Positions 44,159-54,300 of a DNA stretch of 64,000 nucleotides are shown one piece after another. Position 1 is the first letter of the stretch. Every line of letters begins with the position of its first letter. Origin of the DNA: Azolla caroliniana (Eukaryota > Plantae > Polypodiophyta); assembly GCA_043228905.1 (NCBI GenBank), contig JBHGNT010000003.1, forward strand, positions 10,354,001 through 10,418,000, in the 5' to 3' direction. A model generated the notes under the pieces. The model made no database searches. It was given only the letters and a program-made list of their open reading frames with translations, and had not been told where the DNA came from. The translations under genes and the position numbers were made by a program.

Positions 44159-47100
44159 AGCGGACTATTGAAGCATGGGGCACAAATAGTCCGAGCAATC
44201 ATAAGTCCCCACAAGGAAGCAAAGTGCGTGGATTGCAAGGAGAAGCAACATGCGTCACACCTGGCGGCGCATGCAAACTTAGACTACTCAACAAGAAGGA
44301 ACAGTGTCAGATACAAGACTTCGAGGAGGTGCTGAAAGAAGAAAGCATAATCGAAGAAGAAGAATTCGTGTCATATATTCTGGAGGAAGCCTCATTTAAC
44401 GACACGATCGGCGAAATCGAGGAAGTCGTGGATTTGAGCTATCCTCACGATCGACATGTGATTTCGGTTAACTCCGTCAACATGTATACTATCATCGATG
44501 AATATCATCGAGGAATCTTGATAGAGGAAGTCGAAGTCAACACAAAATATAAAACCGTGGATAGGAAGATCAAGCCAGTTGCAGTTCCGCTACCGGAAGA
44601 TAGCTGGCAAAAGATGAAGGAAGTTGCAAAAGATCCAAGCTTAAGGAACCCAAATACAATTGGTCACGTCTTCACTGAAGAGACGAAGGGAAAGCTACGA
44701 GTTGGAAGGGAGGATTTCCTCCTCCCTGAAGAGGAGCGGATGTTTCGTGGAATGCTTGAAAGACATGGGAAGGCTTTCGCGTTTTTTCCACAAGAAATCG
44801 GGTGTGCTAATCCAAGGACGGTAGAACCGATGGTGATCTTCACGGTGCCGCATGTGCCTTGGAATTTGAAACCGATACCGGTTCCGAGAGCACACCTACC
44901 GAAGTTGATCGAGCTCTTAAAGGAGAAGGTGAGAATGGGAATTCTAGAACCGTCGAATGCTCCTTATTCTAATAGGTGGTTCACGGTGCCAAAGAAGAAT
45001 GGATCGTTGCGATTCATTCAAGATCTTCAACCCGTCAACAAGGTGACAATTCGGAATGCTGGAATCGGTCCGAGTGTGGATGAATTTGCCGAGGCGTTTG
45101 CGGGCCGGTCCATCTACTCCATCGGCGATCTTTACTCTGGCTACGATCAATTCCAGTTGGCGGTCGACAGTCGTGACATTACAACCATGAGAACTCCAAT
45201 TGGGTTGGTGCGGATGTGTACCTTACCTCAAGGCGCAACGAACTCGGTGGCTCATATGGTGAATGCCATGAACAAGGTCTTGAAGGATTGCATCCCGGAT
45301 ATCACGATGCCATTCTTAGATGATATTCCGATAAAAGGATGTTCGGATGAAGAGAAGGATGAATCAAAAGATAAGGATGGATGTAGAAAGTTCGTCATCG
45401 ATCATATGAAAGATTGCGAGAAGGTGCTCCAAAGGCTCAAAGATGCGAATTTGACATTTTCGGGAGAAAAATCCGCATTCGGGCAACCAGAGATCTTGGT
45501 GGTAGGTCACTTGTGTGGAGCATACGGTCGGAAGCCTTCACCATCCAAGGTGAATGCAATTCAAGACATGAAAGAAGAATGTGTAACCCAAACGGAGGTT
45601 TGAAGGTTCCTTGGAGCATGCGCGTTTTATCATATTTGGATTCCACACTACGCCCACATTGCGGAGCCATTATATGGTCTACTAAAGAAGAAGCGGATGT
45701 TCGAATGGACGAGCGAGCATACAATCGCCATCCGAAGGTTGAAGAAAATTTTGATGGAGGCACCTGCATTACGGAAAGCGGACTATTCATACGGCAAGCC
45801 CATTTTCGTGACTGTGGATACTAGTCCAATCGGAATTGGATGGGTTATCAATCAAGAAGATGAAGATTGCAACCGATATGCAATTCGGTTTGGCGCGAAA
45901 GTGTTAAGTGACAGGCAAAGAAGGTATGCCCAAGTGAAGAGGGAGCTATGGGGGATCGTCTCGGCAATCACATCTGATCGTGATTACCTTATTGGAGCAG
46001 AAGTCATAATTGAGACAGATTGCCTACCAATTTTGGGTATGATATTTGGTTGCAATACACCGGATATTGCCATGTTGCGTTGGATTGCATATATCAAATC
46101 ACTCAACCCGGAGATCCGTCATGTAGCTGGGAAGCGTAATGTCGTTGCAGACATGCTATCACGAGCGAGATACGACGGAGAAGAAGATCGACATTCTGAT
46201 GAAGATGATGTTGGCCTGGATTTCTTTGCAAGTTCCTATGCTCGGGTGTTGATTACTTTCATAGAAGAGGACTACGAAGGCGAATTCGTGGAGATCGGGA
46301 AATACTTGAGTTCTCTCCAAAAAGATGAATCATGGTCGACGGAAGACTTCCATCGAATTCGGAAGAAAGCATACAAGTATTTCCTTAAGGATGGAGCTCT
46401 TTGGAAGCATGCAAAAAAGAAGAATGGGACTCCGATGAGAGTTGTCTGCAAGCTAGAAGACCAACAAAAACTAATGTCCGAATTTCATGATAGTGTTTTT
46501 GCAGGCCATCGAGGAATATGGGCTACGTTTGCGAAGCTTAAGGAGAAATATTGGTGGCCGGGCATCTACAAAGATGTAGCAGCTTATGTGGAAACATGTA
46601 AGGAATGTCAAATGTTTTCGAATATTCGCCATCGAGATGGACTTCATCCGACTTACCCGTTGGCTATGCATTACAAGTGGATGGTGGACATAGTGATGAT
46701 GCCAATGGGACGATGGCAGATGAAGTATCTTGTGCTCGCGAGAGAGGATCTTACCAATCAAGTTGAAGGGCGAGCATTAAGAACTAAGGAGACATCATCG
46801 GTATGCCGATTCCTTCTTGAAGATGTTATTTGCAGATATGGATGCGTCGGCAAGATAGTGGCTGATAGAGGCGAGTTGGACGCCAATGAAGCTAGAGAAT
46901 TCTTCTCGAGGATGGGAATCAAATTATCTCTTACCATGGCGTATAATCCGGAAGCAAATGGGAAGGTGGAGCGTGGACATGGACCGATTGTGAAGGCTCT
47001 AGTGAAAGCTTGCCATGGGAAAATAGGAGAATGGCCACGTCTATTGCCATTTGCATTATGGGCTGACAGGACTACTCATAGCACGGTGACGGGATACATG

Positions 47101-47604
47101 CCGGCAGAGCTCATATTCGGACAAAAGCCAATAATGCCGGTAGAACAAAGTATTATTTCATGGTTTGCATTGCCATGGCAAGATGAGATAAGTAGAGAAG
47201 ATCTTCTAGCATTGAGGATTCGACAATTAGAGCGGAATTTGGAAGATGTAGAGGTGGCTAAAGCGCGGCTAAAGAATGCAAGGCTAAAGAACAAGAAAGA
47301 CTTCGATAAACGACATCGACTTCGGCCGAGGAAAATCGTTGAAGGAGATTGGGTGCTAGTCTATGACAGTAGCCTAGATAACCAACATAGTACGGCTCGA
47401 AAATTCTCACAACGATGGTTTGGGCCATATGTGGTGAAGAAAGTGGAAGATAATGCAACATATCATTTAGTAGAACTAGATGGTACACCACTTGCCTTGC
47501 CAATTGCCGGTAAAAGAATCAAGATCTTCAAGAGAAGAGAAAAAATAGAAATTGGATTCGAAGCTTTTGACGATTCAGTCTTAAGCATCGATGAAAAAGT
47601 ATAG
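44149..47604 (+). pseudogene. Pol (RT-RH-IN) of Gypsy P in the -1 frame, with one in-frame TGA at 45601-45603
   Basis: LPQGA and FLDD RT, VDTS RNase H, HHCC/DDE integrase, GPY motif; TEV*RFLG where an Arg is expected. Confidence 0.9.
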
Positions 47605-47986
47605 TAAACAAAAATGAATCCTCACCAAAATTGGCACATACCGGTGGATGTGCAGGTTTGGTGGGGGCGAATGTCGTGTGAATCTTCACACACTATGTAA
47701 AAAAATAATGAAATAATTATTATAGATTAGATTGGTAGCTTACTATAGAAAGATGGATATACTCAAGAGCTTCAAAATGTATTTTACTATATACAAAATG
47801 GAGAAATACATATCAAGTTATGGGAAAATGAAGTTTGATTAGATAGAGAAATTAGAACTATCCCACATAGATAGGAAAGTTAAGGCCCTGGCTATATAAA
47901 CACCTTGAGCTCCCTCATTTTTCATTTGTGCTGAGAGAACTTTGGCCACTTTGTCTTGATGGATGATGGTGGCCAAAATCTCTAAA

Positions 47987-48394
47987 ACCGGAAACTGGCC
48001 GGTAAGCAAATCCGGAGAACGGGTCTGGTAAGCAAATCCAGAAACGGGCCGGTAAGCAAAACCGGAACCGGAACGGGTATGCAAAACCGGAAACCGGTCG
48101 GTAAGCAAAACCGGAACCGGAATCGGCAAGCAAACTAGAACCGGAACCGGCAAGCAAACCGGAACCGGCCGGCAAGCAAAACCGGAACCGAAACCGGCAA
48201 GCAAACCGGAATCGGAACCGGTCGGCAAGCAAACCGGAACCGGCCGGCAAGCAAAACCGGAACCGGAACCGGCAAGCAAAACCGGAAACCGGCCGGCAAG
48301 CAAAACCGAAACCGAAACCGGCAAGCAAACCGGAATCGGTCTGCAAGCAAAATCGGAACCGGAACCGACCGGCAAGCAAAATGGAACCGGCTAC
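47987..48394. repeat. Same minisatellite in the 3' LTR of P, one 25-bp unit longer
   Basis: LTR lengths are 1292 and 1317 bp; the extra unit is near 48260. Confidence 0.9.
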
Positions 48395-49089
48395 CGGACG
48401 ATGTTGGACGCGGACGGACGAAAGATTGGATCATGCAACAAACTAAAGTAAAGTGAAGAGAACTAAAGTAAAGGCCATGTGGACGCAAGCAACTAAAGAA
48501 GGGAGTGCATGGAAAAAGTAAAGGTCATGTGGACAATCACATGCAACCAAAAGAAAAAGCAAGGCAACTAAAAATAGAGGCCATGCAACAAAAAAGTAAA
48601 AAGGCTATGATCAAGAGGGAACTCCATTTTGATGGCATTTTTTTTTCCTACACTAGGGGAGACTCTCCATATTACCTTAATTTTCTTCTCAACTCCCTTA
48701 TCTTAGGAAGCCATAATACTCATAGAGCCGAATCCTAATCTTCCCTACGGAAGCCATATCTACCAAAACCCCTAATTTTTCTTTTCTATTAATCTTAGTA
48801 AACCTAAAACTTCTACATCTCAATCTTGGGACATATTGTAATTTCTTTTCCCTTTATTAATGAAATTTGTGAATCTTTATCATTTTGCATTAATTGTTTA
48901 ATATAATCATACGAATCCGATATCTTCTGGTCGGAGGCCTCGGGGTCCTGCCTCAAAGTTCGCGTATCCTCGTCGTATTTTCGCGACACCGTAACACTAG
49001 GCGTGTGGGAGGGTGGACTAGTTGGTATGGGTCTTGTGCAAGAGTTGTATGCAGGACACACACATTATGGTAATAGGAGTGGTGAGTGA

Positions 49090-49128
49090 CATGCATGTGA
49101 TCTGATTGCATGGCCATGTGTAAATAAA
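49090..49128 (+). promoter_or_regulatory. Proximal promoter of copy 2: RY element CATGCATG, TGCATG and a TATA-like box
   Basis: CATGCATG 49090-49097; TGCATG 49107-49112; TAAATAAA at 49121; conserved upstream of copy 3. Confidence 0.75.
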
Positions 49129-49194
49129 GGTGGAGGGAACAATGTCAATACAATCCATTAGGAGACAAGCACTCGGATCATAAGGATAATCGCA

Positions 49195-49980
49195 ATGGCA
49201 AAGCTTACTTCTGTATTCCTCATGGCCGTGATCATGCTCGCCGCGTGTACCGCGGCTAATGCTAGGTCCGTAGGGCGGGAACGTGAAGAGGAGCGACACG
49301 ATCGATGTCGTGAGGGAGACATTGACGAGGAGAGGCGCGATCTACCCCGAGAGGGGGAGAGCGATGACGAGAAGCGTGACCGACATCGTGAGGGGTTCCT
49401 TGAGGAGGGGCGCCGCTACAAAGATAACAAGGGAGACTCCGAAGAGGAGAGGGAACGTCGTAGCCGTGGTCGCGATGAGCCACGTGACGAGGAACTGAGG
49501 CGAAAGTGCGGTGATTTCATCGACAAGCAGATCCGAGAGCTACAAGAGCGCTCCGAATGATAAGAAGATGAACAAGGACGTCGCTCCCCATGGATCGAAA
49601 ACACTCGATACTCAAGACCCTCAGAACGGTGCTGCAGGAATGTCGAACGAATCCCCGCCAAAGATCGATGTGATCGCCTACGTGATGCCTTGTAAGTTGG
49701 CGAGGAGGAACGACGCAATGATGAAGGCCGCCGCCATGGCCAACAATCAAGGGAACACCGTAGGTGGGAGGAAGAGAACGAGGAGTTCGAGAGACATAGC
49801 AGTCGTGTGCGACGAGAGGGTGACGAACGCCGCCACCGCATGTCTCGACGACAAGAGGACGAACGTCAACAACGTCGCCAATTTAAGGCCGATGACGAGG
49901 AAAGAGCTCTAGGCGTCGCCGCCTCCCGCCTACTCCAACAGTGCGATATTCGCCCTCGTGCTTGTATTTGTCGCTTCTAA
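49195..49980 (+). pseudogene. 2S-albumin-like gene copy 2, full length but with premature stops
   Basis: Colinear with copy 1 (786 bp); TGA TAA at 49558-49563 and TAA at 49693. Confidence 0.92.
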
Positions 49981-50408
49981 ATAGTACATAAACCTTGTTC
50001 AAATTATTCTCGTGGTATCTCTCTAATTTCTCGTAAGTGTTTATGAACAAGTGCGTCTCCCCGATCGCACATTACACCCACACGAACGTAAACACGAGCA
50101 CCAACGTCCCTCCAACGTATAGAATTTGCCTATATTGACCACAAACCACCCAAATGGAAAAAAAAGCTCAAAGCAAACACCCATACCGCACACGCCACGT
50201 CAACGGCTAAGGTCAACTTGTACACGCGGCGAATGTGAACTTGTGTTCCACACTTTCCCAATAGGACGCTCCTTGTGTGGTAGTCTGGGTAGCTTTCCTT
50301 GTCGTCGTTACCAACCCCTCGTCCGAACGAGCGAGTACGGACACCGGTCTATCTACGTTCATCGATGTAGCACACTCGGGAACCATACTTGTGTCCCACA
50401 GTAGCCTC

Positions 50409-50739
50409 CACGTGCTTAGTGTCTTGGCGCTAGCAGGTTCTAGTTTAATGTGCACGTGCCCACACACCCCTACGCGCACGTCCGAGTGCGCACGTTTACC
50501 TATGTATAAATGTTATGTTGCTCGACAAGTCCTCACGTGAGGAGGAGGAGAACCCGCTACAGGTTGCGCCTAGATTTTCTAGTGACAATATGACACCTAG
50601 GACTAGCCTAGACGTGTGGGAGGGTGGACTAGTTGGTATGGGTCTTGTGCAAGAGTTGTACGCAGGACACACACATTATGGTAATGGGAGTGGTGAGTGA
50701 CATGCATGTGCTCTAATTGCATGGCCATGTCTATATAAA
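50409..50739 (+). promoter_or_regulatory. Complete promoter of copy 3: G-boxes/ABRE cores, RY elements and TATA
   Basis: CACGTG at 50409, 50453 and 50534; ACGTGT at 50612; CATGCATG at 50701; TGCATG at 50718; TATATAAA at 50732. Confidence 0.78.
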
Positions 50740-51356
50740 GGTGGAGGGAGCAATGTCAACACAATCCATTAGGAGACAAGCACTTGGATCATAAGGATTA
50801 TCGCAATGTCAAGGCTTACTTCCGTATTCCTCATGGCCGTGATCATGCTCACCACGTGTACCGCGGCCAATGCTAGGTCCGTAGGGCGGGACCGTGAAGA
50901 GGAGCGAGGCGATCCACGTCATGAGGGAGACATTGACGAGGAGAGGCGTGGGGAGAGCGATGATGAAAGGCACGAGCGACGTCGTGAGGGGTTCCTTGAG
51001 GAGGGGCGCCGCTATAGAGATAACAAGAGAGACTCCGAAGAGGAGAGGGTACGTCGTAGCCGTGGTCGCGATGAGCCACGTGACGAGGAACTGAGGTGAG
51101 AGTGCGGTGATTTCATCGACAAGCAAATCCGAGAGCTACAAGAACGCTCCGAAAGAGAGGAAGGTGAACAAGGACGTCGCTCCCCATGGATCGAAAACAC
51201 TCGATACTCAAGACCCTCAGAACGGTGCTGCCGGAACGTCGAACGAATCCCCGCCGAAGATCGATGCAATCGCCTACGTGATGCCTTGTATGTTGACGAG
51301 GAGGAACAACACAATGATGAAGGCCACCGCCATGGCCAGCAATCAAGGGAACATCG

Positions 51357-54300
51357 TGTCGAATACATGTGTATAATGGACGTATTCACACCATCCCGTT
51401 TCGGCCATTTATGTAATTAGCATAAAGGGTAGTTGCCCTAAGTCGGTCACTATATATAGTGACCTTGTAACCTCTTTGTGAGGTTGGTTGTTGTATGATT
51501 GCTTTGTGAAATAAAGAGTCTTTTGTGTCTCTCTCTCTCTCTCTGTGCAACGACCTACATTCTGTCATACACAGGGAATAAACAGGAATCGAGTGCTTCA
51601 AGATCTTCCGCACTGACGACATTGCTTCCAACATCTGGTATCAGAGCAAGGTTCGGCCGTCATCACCGCCTGCACAGCATTCGGTTCTTCACTTCATCTC
51701 GGCCTGCACAGTATTCGCGTCATTCGAAGAAAGAGAGAAGAAGAACAAAAACGAGGTTTGCACCTCATCGAGTTAGATCCTCTTGCTTGGAGTAAGCCCT
51801 CAGGTTGTACTCTGTTCCTTGTGATCGTAACCGCTCGAGGTGAAATCCCCTTGTGCATCATTGACACGATCGTGCTCCATTCGGTTAAACGGCATCCGAA
51901 GAGGTCACCAAACGCTGCTCGTTGTAACCACTCGGTGCAGATCGGTCTCAAGACAACAACCCCAAATTCGTGCTTCATCAGGCTGATCGACATTCGAGAG
52001 GATCAGTTGGATCTATCTCTCTCGTCGCTGCAGTCAACCGAAGCAAAATCGGTCCAGATAATCGGTTTCAATAATCGGTACTCGGCACATATATCCGAAG
52101 CGAACCGGGCTCACTCCGACTCGGCAACACTCGGGAAGACCAGTCGGTTCTGTCTCTCAAGTTACCGGAGTCAATTCGAGCAAGTTCCGAAGCTGAACCG
52201 ACTCGGGTTCAAATCCGACTAGAACGATATCGGGTGAGCCAACCGGCTGCACTCCAACAAGGTTCACAGTCAACTCCGAACCGAGCTTCGTCAACCGAAA
52301 CCGAATTTGATGGCATCAACATCTGGCTCGTCAGAAATGAGTCTACGAAAGTTCGATGGATCGAACTTCAACTTCTGGAAGGAACAAATGCAGGACTATC
52401 TCATAGTCAAGGGGCAAATCGACCCCATCGAAAATGAAGAACCTCCAGAAGGATACAAACCAATTGAGTGGCAGAAGCTGGACAGAATTGTCCGCGCCAC
52501 GATCCGGATGCACCTATCGGAATCGGTATACTTTACGGTGCAATCGTGTACGACAGCATTCGAACTGTGGAAAACACTGTCGGACACTTACGAAAAGAAG
52601 GTCGCCGCAACGAAGATGTTTCTGATCCGGCGCCTCTACAACTTGCGGATGAAAGAATCCGACTCGGTCCAAGCACACCTCAATGAGTACGAAAGCATAA
52701 GCTCCCAAATCTCGTCACAGGGGACGGCAATCGAGGATGAACTCAGAGCAATGATACTCATGAGCAGCCTTCCCCCATCATGGGAAACTTTCGTCACAAC
52801 CGTGTGCAACGCGTCAACCACGGCTGTTAAATACTCCGAAGTCACGAGCGCAATCCTGACCGAAGCAGCTCGGAGAAAGTCTTTCGCCAAAGACTCAACA
52901 GACGACGCCTACGTAGTACAAGGTTCGACAGACCGATCGAACATACGAGGACGAGATTCCTCACGGCCGCCGAACAATCAGCGAAGACGGAGCCAGTCAC
53001 GGGATAACCGAATCTGCAACTATTGCAAGAAACCCGGACACATCAAAGCCGACTGCCGCGCACTCAAGAACAAGAACAACAAGAAGAGTGGCCGGCATGA
53101 GGAGATCAATTACGTCAGCTTCTCAGCTGATGTACTACCGGACGACCCGAATATACTATCAATAGAAAATCCAGTTGGATCAGAAGTTCTGCTCACGACT
53201 GAAGAATCGAGCACATGGCTCTTAGATTCGGGCGCGTCATTTCACGTGACTCCTCATCGATCCCAATTTCGGCAATATACGATCCGTCACTCCGACTCAG
53301 TTCGGGTCGGCAACTCGCAACACTGTGACATCATCGGAATCGGCACAGTAGAGCTCAACCTTGCAGGTGGCTCTACACTTGTACTCCACAATGTCCGACA
53401 TGTACCCGAGCTCTCAAGGCCATTGATCTCAGTCGGACAACTAGATGAAGACGGCATTCGTGCCGGTTTTTCTTCGGGAGGGTGGACACTCCACAGGGGG
53501 AACCTCCTGCTTGCTAGAGGACCCAAGATACACTCACTGTATCCGTTACATGTTACGCTCAGAGAGGGTAACCTGTTTTTGGTGGATATTCCTGTGTCAT
53601 CATTATGGCACCGAAGATTAGGACACCTCAGCAAGGCCGGCATCACGCACCTATCTAGCGCCGGATACATCCCCAAACTCTCCTTCTCGGACCATCAATT
53701 CTGCGAGCATTGCCAGTATGGCAAACAAGTAGCCGCATCACACCCGACATCAGCACCAAGAGAAACGAGACCTCTCGATTTAGTCCATTCGGACGTCTGT
53801 GGCCCAATGCCGCATCAGTCTCTAGGCGGTGCCTCTTACTTCGTCAGTTTTATTGACGATTCGACTCGAAAGGTGTGGGCTTATCCAATTCGCACCAAAG
53901 ATCGTGTCTTCTCGATCTTCACCGATTGGCTCGCTATGGTAGAAAATCAAACCGACCGAAAGCTGAAATGCCTTCGGACAGACAATGGGGGAGAGTTCAA
54001 ATCCGATGAATTCGTCAAATTCTGCCGACAACGCGGCATCCGACGTGAATTTACGGCACCACACAGTCCGGAGCAAAACGGGATTGCCGAACGAATGAAT
54101 CGGACAATCCAAGAAAGGATAGTTTCCATGCTCCAACACTCCGGACTGTCGGATGGCTTCTGGGCAGAGGCTGTACTCACGGCAGTATACATAATCAATA
54201 TGTCGCCAAGTCGACCTCTAGGACTTCAAATTCCTCAGGAACTATGGATCGGCAGTAAGCCGAATTACGACAAGCTGAGGATCTTCGGATGCGAGGCGTA

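Larger units (their letters stand above)
40633..48988 (+). mobile_element. Full-length non-chromovirus Gypsy P (Phygy/Selgy-like); LTRs 40633-41924 and 47672-48988
   Basis: TGTCG...CGACA termini; 4-bp TSD CCGT; PBS TGGTGAACCCGACGTGAA; G-rich PPT before 47672; gag-PR and pol ORFs; no chromodomain. Confidence 0.95.
29271..48996 (-). mobile_element. Gypsy element D (chromovirus-like pol), 3'-truncated; 5' LTR 40182-48996 split by a Gypsy insertion; leader split by Copia A2
   Basis: LTR end CATGCCCGTAACA reconstitutes across the CCGT TSD and matches 57075 onward in reverse; PBS TGGTATCA at about 40172-40179; gag-pol below 33420; ends in HPVFHV joined to the gene 3' flank. Confidence 0.88.

Noticed and set aside
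47605-47671. Possible env-like or extra ORF in Gypsy P
   Set aside because: Only about 67 bp lie between the pol stop and the 3' LTR
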